Origin: Bacteroidota bacterium
GTDB lineage: Bacteria; Bacteroidota; Bacteroidia; B-17B0; Aurantibacillaceae
Direction: 5' to 3'
Length of the DNA: 64,000 nucleotides
NCBI GenBank assembly: GCA_016708845.1
Contig: JADJFB010000018.1
Location: 5,018-69,017, forward strand
Part shown: positions 39,927-49,289 of the stretch, piece by piece
Layout of the letters: every line of letters starts with the position of its first letter
How positions within the stretch are numbered: position 1 is the first letter of the stretch
Notes under the pieces: generated by a model
Told to the model about the DNA's origin: nothing
Seen by the model: only the letters and a program-made list of their open reading frames with translations
The model's database searches: none
Made by a program: the position numbers and the translations under genes

Positions 39927-40532
39927 CTATTTTCCTTTTAAATCTGTTTCGATGTATGAAGCTACTGCTTCAATTTGTTCAGCGGTTAAAGCATCTTTGT
40001 AAGCAGCCATCGTGTTTTTACCATTGGCAATAATTTCTACAATACCAGCGTGTGGCAATTGAGTCACCGATAAATCTTTAGCGCCACTTAATCCTAATTT
40101 ACCATTATCACCGTGACATAAAGCACATTTATCTGTAAAAATTTCTTTGCCATTAACAGCTACAATTTTTTCTCCAGCCTTCGCTCCTTTTGATTTGTAT
40201 GCTAAAGAAAATGATACTACGATAAAGAAGAAAGATAGAGTTGCTAATATTTTGTTTTTCTTTTTAAAACCAACCACCGCTAAAGGAATTGATAAGAAAA
40301 CCAAAACCAATTTAATAATCATAAACTTATTGATTTCGGGAACTTGAGTGATTAAGAAAACGCCTGTTGCTAAAAAGCCAAAGCTCACAATCATTTCTGC
40401 AACCTTAGTTTTCTTTTTAAATTTCTCCAATAATTCTTCCTTATCACTTAATAATAAAATAGTTTTAATTAAGTAGATCAATGTAAATAACACCACAAAT
40501 AAGGTGTGTGAATGAAGCATGCCTGTAGCCAT
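39927..40532 (-). CDS. Membrane-anchored c-type cytochrome (4-TM SirB-like N-terminal domain fused to a class I cytochrome c domain)
   Basis: Four hydrophobic helices, then the CALCHG heme-binding motif and a distal Met region (GKNTMAAY). Confidence 0.75.
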   Translation of the reverse strand: MATGMLHSHTLFVVLFTLIYLIKTILLLSDKEELLEKFKKKTKVAEMIVSFGFLATGVFLITQVPEINKFMIIKLVLVFLSIPLAVVGFKKKNKILATLSFFFIVVSFSLAYKSKGAKAGEKIVAVNGKEIFTDKCALCHGDNGKLGLSGAKDLSVTQLPHAGIVEIIANGKNTMAAYKDALTAEQIEAVASYIETDLKGK

Positions 40533-40550
40533 TGTATAATTTTTTTAGTT

Positions 40551-40558
40551 CAAAATTA
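40551..40558 (-). promoter_or_regulatory. -7 promoter box candidate (TAATTTTG on minus strand)
   Basis: Plus-strand CAAAATTA lies 18 nt upstream of the 40532 start. Confidence 0.35.
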
Positions 40559-40614
40559 ACAAATTATCTTAAAACAAAAACTCTAAAGTAATTTTTATAA
40601 ATAAGCGATAATGC

Positions 40615-40622
40615 TATATTTG
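40615..40622 (+). promoter_or_regulatory. -7 promoter box candidate (TATATTTG)
   Basis: Exact match 18 nt upstream of the ATG at 40641. This argues the amidohydrolase starts at MRQLLLLLSTAF rather than at 40611. Confidence 0.4.
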
Positions 40623-40640
40623 TTACAATTAAAACATATT

Positions 40641-43600
40641 ATGCGTCAATTACTTTTATTATTATCTACCGCCTTTGTTATCAATAAGGGTTTAGTGGCT
40701 CAAACTACTTTTCCTAATAATGGAGCGCCAAACAACATACACACACTTTATGCCTTCACCAATTGCACATTGCATGTGGATGCGGAAGTGACGATTGTAA
40801 ACGCTACTTTATTTGTAAAAGATGGCGTGATTGTGAATGCAGGCGCTAATTTAGTGTCGAGCAAAGATGCCGTTACCATAGATTCAAAAGGAAAACACGT
40901 TTATCCTGCCTTTATTGATTTATACAGCGATTATGGCATGCCTGAAGTAAAAAGAATGCAGAATGACGATGCTCCAAAAAAAGGCGCTTTCGGCTGGAAT
41001 CAGGCTATTAAAAGCGAAGTAGAAGCACAAAAAGTATTTTTACATAATCAACAAAAAGCAGATGAGTTACGTAAATTAGGCTTTGGAGCTGTGTTAACTC
41101 ATCAAAAAGATGGTATTGTAAGAGGAAGTGGTGCTTTAGTGAATTTAGTAAATGCTAAAGAAAATGAAAGCATTATTAAAGATAGAGCAGCTGGTTTTTA
41201 TTCCTTTAACAAAGGAAGTTCTCCTCAAGATTATCCTTCCTCTTTAATGGGCGCTATTGCCTTGTTAAGACAAACCTATTATGATGCAAATTGGTATAAA
41301 ACGAATGCGTCAAAAACAGAGTACAATATTTCATTAGAAGCGTTTAATAAATTACAGGAGTTACCATCCATTTTTGAAGGCAATGATAAATACAATGATA
41401 TTCGCGGAAAAAAAGTAGGTGATGAATTTAAAGTGAAATATATTATTAAAGGTGGTGGCAACGAATACCAGCGAATGTATGACATACAAAATTCATTTTC
41501 TAATTTCATTATTCCTATCAATTTTCCAGAAGCCATTGATGTGGAAGATCCTTTTGATGCAGAACAAGCATCTTTAACCGATTTAAAAAACTGGGAAATG
41601 GCTCCTGCAAATTTAGCAGAGCTAGAAAAAAACAATGTATCGTTTTGCATTACCACAGCTGATTTAAAAGATAAATCTGCTTTCTTAAAAAACTTACGTA
41701 AGGCAGTAAAACATGGTTTATCTGAGAAAATGGCATTGAAGGCATTAACTTATAACCCAGCAAATTTTATTGGTGTGCAAACTAAAATTGGCAGTTTAAA
41801 ACAAGGCATGCTAGCCAACTTTTTTATTGCTTCTAAATCTATTTTTGAAGACGATGCGATAGTTTATGAAACATGGAGTAATGGCGTAAAGCATCAGTAC
41901 AACGATTTATCATTACCACATATTAATGGAACATATCAATTAGTGTATGGTTCAAATTCACATAAAATTACCATAAACAAAGAGCAAGAAAATTATACAG
42001 GCTTAGTGCAATTAAAAGACAGCCTAAAAGCAAAAGCCAACGTGACTTTTAAAAATAATTTATTGACTTTAAGTTTCCCATACGATTCTACGTTTACTAT
42101 ACGCTTATCAGGAAATTATAACGAAAACACCAAATCATTTTCGGGCAAAGGTCAATACACTAATGGGAGCTGGATTGATTTTAAATTGACAAATTTAAAC
42201 GTAATTGATACAGCAAAAAATCCCACTCCTAAAAAAGAAGTTGTTGATTATGGTAAAACCTATTACCCTTTTGGTGCCTATGGCGAACCCGAAGCAACTG
42301 CTGGTTTAATAAAAGATACTTGGCCAAAATTTAAAAAGACTTATGATGGTGTTTTAATTAAGAACGCTACTATATGGACGAATGAAAAAGATTCTATCCT
42401 AACCAACCAAGATGTGTATGTGGTAAATGGAAAAATTTCTCAAATAGGCGCAAATTTAAACGCCACAGGAAATACAAGAGTGATTGACGGAAAAGGCATG
42501 CATCTAACTCCTGGTATTGTGGATGAGCATTCGCATATAGCGCTATTTAGTGTAAATGAAGGTGCTGATGCTAGCAGTGCAGAAGTTAGAATGAGCGATG
42601 TGATTAATCCTGATGATATCAATGTGTATCGTCAGTTAGCTGGCGGAGTAACAACTGCACAATTATTACATGGTTCAGCAAATCCAATTGGCGGACAAAG
42701 TTGTTTAATTAAATTACGTTGGGGAAAAGGTGCTGATGAGTTTAAATTTGAAAATGCACCTGGCTTTATCAAATTTGCTTTAGGAGAAAACGTAAAACAT
42801 TCAAACGGTACAAATCCTGATCAAGTAAGATTTCCTCAAACACGTATGGGTGTGGAACAATTGTATTACGATTATTTTACCAGAGCAACCGCTTATAAAA
42901 AACAAATGGGAGATTTTGGTAAACTTACTCCAAAGCAAATAGAGTCAAGTAAAACAACCACTCCACGCAGAGATTTAGATTTAGAAGCTCTAGCAGAGAT
43001 CTTAGACACTAAACGTTTCATCACTTGTCACAGTTATGTGCAAAGCGAAGTAAACATGTTAATGCACGTGGCAGATAGTATGAAATTTAAAGTAAATACT
43101 TTTACACATATTTTAGAAGGCTACAAACTTGCCGACAAGTTAAAAGCACATGGAGCTAACGCTTCTACCTTTGCCGATTGGTGGGCTTATAAATTAGAAG
43201 TAATGGATGCCATTCCTCAAAACGCAGCCATGTTAACTAAAGTGGGTGTAAACACGGGAATCAACTCAGATGATGCTGAAATGGGAAGACGCTGAAATCA
43301 AGAAGCAGCTAAAACTATTAAATATGGTGGCTTAACAGAAGTGCAAGCTTTAAAGTTAATTACTTTAAATCCAGCAAAGATGTTACACATTGATGATAAA
43401 GTAGGAAGTATTAAAGTAGGCAAATCAGCAGATTTAGTGCTATGGACAGATAATCCTTTAAGTATTTATGCCAAAGTAAATACAACTATCATCGACGGAC
43501 AAGTTTACTACGATAAAAACGATGACGCAAAATTACAAGAAGACATTAAAAAAGAACGCGCTCGTATTATTGCTAAATTAATTGTAGAAAAAAATAAAGG

Positions 43601-43673
43601 CGCTAAAGTGATTAAACCTCAAGCTAAAAAACAACATCACTTCCATTGTGATAGTGAGGAAAGTGGGTTTTAA
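40641..43673 (+). pseudogene. Large secreted amidohydrolase-family protein interrupted by a single in-frame TGA at 43293..43295
   Basis: Signal peptide. Metal-binding VDEHSHIA. ORFs 40611..43295 and 43341..43673 are in the same frame: ...SDDAEMGRR*NQEAAKTIKYGGLTEVQALKLITLNPAKML. Confidence 0.8.
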
Positions 43674-43694
43674 TAATGGCACTTAAACTACTAT

Positions 43695-44858
43695 ATGCGT
43701 AATCTGCTAATTTTATTCCTCCTTCCTGCATTCATTTATGGACAAATTGATACAGTCAATTTAATAAATAAACGTATTGAAAAAATAATAAGTGAGTGGC
43801 AAGTACCTGGTTGTGCTATTGGAATTATTAAAAATGGAACATTAATTTACGCTAAAGGTTTTGGTTACAGAGACCTAGAAAACAAACTCCCCGTTACTCC
43901 AAATACATTATTTCCAATAGCCTCTAACTCAAAATTATTTACATCTACTGCCATAGGAATAATTGTAAATGAAGGTAAATTAGAATACGATAAACCTATT
44001 AAATTCAACGTTCCTGAAATAGAATTTAATACGTCTACACTAAACAATGAAGTTACTTTAAGAGATATGTTATGTCACAGGACTGGTATTTCAGGAACTG
44101 ATGATATATGGTATGGTTCAAATTCAACAAGAGCTGAAGTGTTTTCTAAAATTAAATCTCTTGAGACAAAGGCAACTATCAGAACTGAATTTATCTATTC
44201 GAATGCCATGTATATAGCACTTGGCGAACTCATCAAACTGAAAATAAATAAAACATGGGAAGAGTATGTTAAAGAAAAAATACTTTCCCCTCTTGACATG
44301 AGTCATACGGTCTTTTCCATAGAAGAACTAGAAAAGACATTGGATTATGCAAAACCTTATAAAACAGATTTTATTAAGAAAACGTTTGAACCTATTGATT
44401 TTTACAGGCAAACAAAGGCATCTACACCAGCAATGGGAATCAATTCAAACATTATCGATTTATCACATTGGGTTATTTGTCAATTAGCAACAGGAAAATT
44501 TAATCAAAAAGAAATTATTCCTAATTCTGTTATACGGGAAACAATGAAGCCCCTTACAGTAAGTTCGAGCTCTATAAAAGATAAAGAACTATCTTTTGAA
44601 TTATATGGCATGGGTAGAACATTAAGGACTTACAAAAATCATTTGATGAGCGAACATGGTGGTGCGATCAACGGTTTTAGGTCACAAATAACATTATTCC
44701 CAGATGATAGTTTAGGCATTATTATTCTAACCAACTCCGCAGATCATAAAATTGCATCCTTTTTACAATTAGAAATTGCTGATGTCATGTTAAGTTTAGA
44801 AAAAACTCAATGGCATGAACGCACTTTAGATAGAAGAAAAAAGGAACTGGAAAAGTAA
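43695..44858 (+). CDS. Serine hydrolase, class C beta-lactamase / PBP4*-like family
   Basis: Signal peptide. S-x-x-K (ASNSK) and Y-x-N (YSN) motifs. Confidence 0.8.
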   Translation: MRNLLILFLLPAFIYGQIDTVNLINKRIEKIISEWQVPGCAIGIIKNGTLIYAKGFGYRDLENKLPVTPNTLFPIASNSKLFTSTAIGIIVNEGKLEYDKPIKFNVPEIEFNTSTLNNEVTLRDMLCHRTGISGTDDIWYGSNSTRAEVFSKIKSLETKATIRTEFIYSNAMYIALGELIKLKINKTWEEYVKEKILSPLDMSHTVFSIEELEKTLDYAKPYKTDFIKKTFEPIDFYRQTKASTPAMGINSNIIDLSHWVICQLATGKFNQKEIIPNSVIRETMKPLTVSSSSIKDKELSFELYGMGRTLRTYKNHLMSEHGGAINGFRSQITLFPDDSLGIIILTNSADHKIASFLQLEIADVMLSLEKTQWHERTLDRRKKELEK

Positions 44859-44924
44859 GTCCTTCAAGGTTAAGGATTTTATACCCTTTGCGAAACTTCC
44901 AATAAAAATTAAAACTAAAACATT

Positions 44925-45429
44925 ATGGCTTTTGATGATCTTTCAGTTATTCAACAATACATTTTTGATGCTTGTAGTTTTGATTACACAAAACCTATAC
45001 AAGAAATAGAAAGCGCAGAATATAATGCTTGTTCTTTTACATTAAATGATTTACACGTAAAATTTAGAACCGCCAAAATTACTCCAACAAAAACTGGGCA
45101 ATTTGTAACGCTTTGGAAAAGGTTGAGCCACAGGAATCATTGCGCCTTTTGAAGCTTCAGATTCAATTGACCTCGTTATCATTAGTGTTAGAAAAGAAAA
45201 TCGATTTGGACAGTTTGTCTTTCCTAAATCTGTTTTATGCAAACAGGGTATATTAACCGTTAATAATAAAGAAGGTAAACGTGGTTTTAGAGTTTATCCG
45301 CCTTGGGACGAAACAACAAACAAACAAGCCATCAAAACACAGAATTGGCAGCTAAATTATTTTTTAGATTTATCAAATCACACAAGTATTACTATTGATA
45401 AGGCTAAAAGATTGTATGGCGATAGATAA
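44925..45429 (+). pseudogene. MepB-family protein, one frameshift as assembled
   Basis: FRTAKITPTKTGQFVTLWKR is the MepB signature as I recall it. After about 45125 the sequence continues in another frame (…GIIAPFEASDSIDLVIISVRKENRFGQFVFPK…LYGDR*). Confidence 0.5.
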
Positions 45430-45438
45430 CTATTAATT

Positions 45439-45897
45439 CTAATTTAGATACTTAACCAACCAAGTTGCTTGTAATGGTTGTTTCCATTTACTAGTTAATT
45501 CCGATGATTGTGTAATGGTATTATCAAACACTAAAGTGTTAGCTGAAATTGTATTAGAATTCAACAACTCTTTTACTTGAGATGCTTTCATAACCTCAAC
45601 CTGATGATTGTTTTCGTAAGAAACCAACAAACGGTTTAAAAGTTCAAATGAAAAAGCTTGTTCTAATTCTTTTACAAAACGAACTTGTTTATCAATACTG
45701 CAACCACTTGCATTATACTTATCTTCGTTCACTTTAAAAATTAACAATCGATTTTCATATAGCTCAAAAGAGGCGTCTAAGCTCACATCATGAGCTGTCC
45801 AAGTGCTTACAAAATTCTGACAACGATTTTTGAAATCAACTAATTGTTCGTTGCTTAACTCTTTACTTAAAGTATAAATCCAAATACGTTCGTCCAT
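45439..45897 (-). CDS. Conserved hypothetical cytoplasmic protein (152 aa)
   Basis: Clean ORF 10 nt downstream of the PLD-like gene. No recognised domain. Confidence 0.5.
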   Translation of the reverse strand: MDERIWIYTLSKELSNEQLVDFKNRCQNFVSTWTAHDVSLDASFELYENRLLIFKVNEDKYNASGCSIDKQVRFVKELEQAFSFELLNRLLVSYENNHQVEVMKASQVKELLNSNTISANTLVFDNTITQSSELTSKWKQPLQATWLVKYLN

Positions 45898-45907
45898 GAT
45901 TATATAA

Positions 45908-47209
45908 TTATTCGATATCTATTTTTTTATTGATGACTTCATCATTAGAAATCAGTGTAATATAATACATTCCTCTTTCTAATTCAAGATGAATGGTATT
46001 ACCTGTATTTTCTATTGTTTCAACAACTTGACCTACACTATTAACCACCGTTAATTTATCGATAGCATGTTTTAATCCTGTAATTGAAAAACTTCCGTTA
46101 CTTGGATTAGGGAATAGAACAATATGTTCATTTTTATTATCGTAATCTCTTATCCCCGACAAAACAGAATGCCTTTTTGAAAATTCTTCTAAATACTGAT
46201 TTGCCACAACAGCATCATGAAAAATTAAAGTGTTCTCATCATATTCGTCATTTGCAGAATTAGACCAATTGTGTGATCCAGTAACTACAATAGGATCTGA
46301 AGCACTATTCATCGCGTCAATAATGCAATACTTATGGTGAAAATCATTAGTCACATTTTCATGCGAAATAACAGGTATTCCAGCAGCCACTAGTTTATTA
46401 TATTCTGACCCAAAATAACTCACATTTTCAATGATACATCTCACGTTCACACCTCGGTTTTTAGCGGCAACTACAGCATCACCTAAATCATTATCTGTAA
46501 ATGTAAACATAGCAACATCCAAACTAAAATTTGCAGAATTAATTGCGTCTACAATTTTAGAAGCAGTGCCATCAGTTGGCGAAAAATAAGACTCAACAGT
46601 TGAACCTCCAATATTAAAGCTATGAATAGTGTTATCTGATTTAGCAGGACCAAATTTGCTGTTAGTTAAATTAGGCTGTGCTCCAGAAGAGCCCCACATT
46701 TCGTTAAACTCAACTGTGTAGTTTTGTGCTAAATTGGAATTTGAAATAATCACAATATTATTATAATCATCAAATATACTTCCATTCCCAAAGTTCATCG
46801 ATCCAATTAATAACTTAGCATTATCAGCAATCACAAATTTATTATGCATCACATTGCTTGTTAAAGTAGAGGTGCGTTTTAAAAGTGGAATATTTGAATT
46901 TAAGCCCGATAAAGCTGAATTAAAGCTATTTGTTGAAGAAATGTATCTCACTTGAACTCCTCTTAAATGGGCGTTGTTGAGAGCTGTCACAATTTTTGTA
47001 CTTCCATTATCCCAAACAGAAATATCAAGTGTTGTGTTAGATGAATTGATTAAAGCACAAATAGTGTCATCTAAATGAGCAGAGGTTTGAGCATCGGCAA
47101 TACTAGAAACTATATTATCAACCGCCTGATTGAAATACACTTTTATAGTTTGTGCATTCAAAGTTTGTAATGACAAAAAACAAAGGCATAAAAACACAAT
47201 TTGTTTCAT
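45908..47209 (-). CDS. Secreted phospholipase D / nuclease-superfamily protein (two HKD motifs) with T9SS type-A C-terminal sorting domain
   Basis: Signal peptide. HNKFVIAD...GSMN and HHKYCIID...GSHNWS motifs. C-terminus LFPNPSNGSFSI...VVNSVGQVV...GMYYITL...KIDIE. Confidence 0.8.
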   Translation of the reverse strand: MKQIVFLCLCFLSLQTLNAQTIKVYFNQAVDNIVSSIADAQTSAHLDDTICALINSSNTTLDISVWDNGSTKIVTALNNAHLRGVQVRYISSTNSFNSALSGLNSNIPLLKRTSTLTSNVMHNKFVIADNAKLLIGSMNFGNGSIFDDYNNIVIISNSNLAQNYTVEFNEMWGSSGAQPNLTNSKFGPAKSDNTIHSFNIGGSTVESYFSPTDGTASKIVDAINSANFSLDVAMFTFTDNDLGDAVVAAKNRGVNVRCIIENVSYFGSEYNKLVAAGIPVISHENVTNDFHHKYCIIDAMNSASDPIVVTGSHNWSNSANDEYDENTLIFHDAVVANQYLEEFSKRHSVLSGIRDYDNKNEHIVLFPNPSNGSFSITGLKHAIDKLTVVNSVGQVVETIENTGNTIHLELERGMYYITLISNDEVINKKIDIE

Positions 47210-47219
47210 TTTATTTCAA

Positions 47220-48638
47220 TTAAATAAATTTACATTTTCTGCTTGCAAAGGCACACATACGCAATAAAATGATGCCATGTTTAAAACGAGAGATGTTTGT
47301 TTCTCCATAAGTTCGATCTCTGTACTTAATTGGAATTTCAACAATTTTTAAATTCAATTTATGTGCGCCAAACAATAAATCAAAATCTCCAAAGGGATCA
47401 AACTCTCCAAAATATGTTCTGTTCTTAGTTAGTTTAATATAGTCTTTTCTAAACATCACCTTCGTTCCACACAAGGTGTCCTTAAAGCGTTGGTCAAGCA
47501 ACCAAGTAAATACCCAACTAAAGAAATGATTTCCTAAATAATTTAAAAAACGCATGGCTTCACCTTCCATTGGATATACTAAACGTGTTCCATTAATAAA
47601 ATCGCCTTTGCTTCCTGCAATGGCATCATAAAATTTAGGAATATCTTCAGGTGGCACAGTTAAATCTGCATCTAAAATCATTAAAATATCGCCAGTTGCA
47701 ATTTTATACCCTTCACGCACCGCATCAGCTTTTCCTTTTCCTTTTTGCTGGCCAATTTTTATATCGTGTGTGTCTTTATATTTTTGTTGAATGTCTTGAA
47801 TTTTTTGCCAAGTGTCATCTGTACTATTTCCTTCAATAAAAATAATCTCTACATGCTTCCCAAATTTCGGTAAACGGGTAATGGCGTTTTCAATATTACC
47901 ACTTTCGTTACGGGCAGGAATAACAACCGTTGTAGAGTATTTTGTTTTATAATCGTCTGGATTGCTTAATGGTAAAGGTTTTGCAAACGAATAGGTATTT
48001 AAACTAAAGAACCGAAAGAAAGGGAACTTCGCTAAAAACAAATTATGTAACTCGGCAATTAACGGAATATAAAAAGGAAAAATAAATCGTTTACTATTTC
48101 TATAAACATCAAATCCTGATACAAATAATAAATTGTTGACGTCTTTTGTGTTTAACCAGTTTTGAGTAGGCGTTTTAGTTTTTAGCCCTACAAGTTCAGC
48201 AAATTTTAAAGCAGGTTCCCATAGGGAGTTATAGTACTGAACAATAATTTTTGTATTTGGGTGACAAACTTTTTGAACTTGTTCAAATACCGCCTGTATA
48301 TCATCCACAAAACCAATTAAATTGCTAATAATAACAAAATCATACTTTTCTGTTAGAGTAATGTTATTAGCGTCCATCAAAACGAACTCAATATTTTTAC
48401 CTGCATGTTTTTCTTTAGCCCAAGCTATCTGTCCTTCGCTAAAATCAATGCCTGTTTTTTTACTACCAGCAATTCCCGCTAATAAATCGCCACTTCCACA
48501 ACCAACTTCCAAAACAGAACTATCTTCGTGAGAAAAATAATTACAGTAATTCGTAATTTCGTTCCAATAGTAATTGGATAATCCACGTCCTTTTCTTTTA
48601 GAGGCAATGATGTTAAAATATTCTTTAATGTTCTGCAA
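47220..48638 (-). CDS. Bifunctional class I SAM-dependent methyltransferase / family-2 glycosyltransferase
   Basis: VLEVGCGSGDLL SAM motif in the N-terminal half. VVIPARNE...DADL GT2 motifs in the C-terminal half. TTG start. Confidence 0.8.
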   Translation of the reverse strand: MQNIKEYFNIIASKRKGRGLSNYYWNEITNYCNYFSHEDSSVLEVGCGSGDLLAGIAGSKKTGIDFSEGQIAWAKEKHAGKNIEFVLMDANNITLTEKYDFVIISNLIGFVDDIQAVFEQVQKVCHPNTKIIVQYYNSLWEPALKFAELVGLKTKTPTQNWLNTKDVNNLLFVSGFDVYRNSKRFIFPFYIPLIAELHNLFLAKFPFFRFFSLNTYSFAKPLPLSNPDDYKTKYSTTVVIPARNESGNIENAITRLPKFGKHVEIIFIEGNSTDDTWQKIQDIQQKYKDTHDIKIGQQKGKGKADAVREGYKIATGDILMILDADLTVPPEDIPKFYDAIAGSKGDFINGTRLVYPMEGEAMRFLNYLGNHFFSWVFTWLLDQRFKDTLCGTKVMFRKDYIKLTKNRTYFGEFDPFGDFDLLFGAHKLNLKIVEIPIKYRDRTYGETNISRFKHGIILLRMCAFASRKCKFI

Positions 48639-48795
48639 AATGTAATTTTTTTAAGAAAGCTAATTTACAAGTTTAATTTAAAAAAGATGCTTAAAACGCC
48701 CACATTTATAGTGATATTTTGTATAAAACCTGTAGTTGTGGCTTAGGAATATCATATTCATCCTAATTAAACGGGAAAGTAGCTAAAAGGATTTA

Positions 48796-48803
48796 TAAAT
48801 TTG
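48796..48803 (+). promoter_or_regulatory. -7 promoter box candidate (TAAATTTG)
   Basis: Exact TAnnTTTG match 24 nt upstream of 48828. Confidence 0.4.
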
Positions 48804-48827
48804 CTATGTGTGATTTAATTCAAGAAA

Positions 48828-49265
48828 ATGATAATGAACCTAAAACATTTATGTGTAATAACCATCATCATGCTTAGCAGTATAGTGATGTGCTCACAAA
48901 CTCAAAAAAAATCAGTCAACTATTCCAAAAAACCATATTGGATTGAAATGATGAAAGATCCTAAAGCCAACTACTTTGAAACCATCAAAGCGTATGATGC
49001 CTTTTGGGAAAATAGAAAAAAACCAAAGGATGAAGATGACATTATTGGGCAATCAAAAACAGTTGAAGCAAAACGAGGATTTTTAAGTCGTTGGTTTAAA
49101 TCTAAAGAAGAACGTGATGAGGCGGATATAAAAAAATATGCCTTAGATGTAAAGAAATTCAAACATTGGAAATTAAAAACGGAACCATACGTGCAAGAAG
49201 ATGGTTCCATTTTAGATGCCGATGCTCGGCTTAAATTATGGCAAGAGGAACAAAAACAAAACTAA
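48828..49265 (+). CDS. Small secreted Lys/Glu-rich hypothetical protein
   Basis: Signal peptide. 145 aa. Followed 24 nt later by the Asp-box protein gene. Confidence 0.5.
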   Translation: MIMNLKHLCVITIIMLSSIVMCSQTQKKSVNYSKKPYWIEMMKDPKANYFETIKAYDAFWENRKKPKDEDDIIGQSKTVEAKRGFLSRWFKSKEERDEADIKKYALDVKKFKHWKLKTEPYVQEDGSILDADARLKLWQEEQKQN

Positions 49266-49289
49266 GTTTATCTATTAAATTATTCCATC

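Noticed and set aside
43293-43295. TGA reassignment (code 4/25) or selenocysteine at the in-frame TGA
   Set aside because: TGA ends cutC and the ORF6N gene in this window. I see no SECIS-like hairpin immediately downstream and no Sec machinery nearby. The family is not a known selenoprotein.
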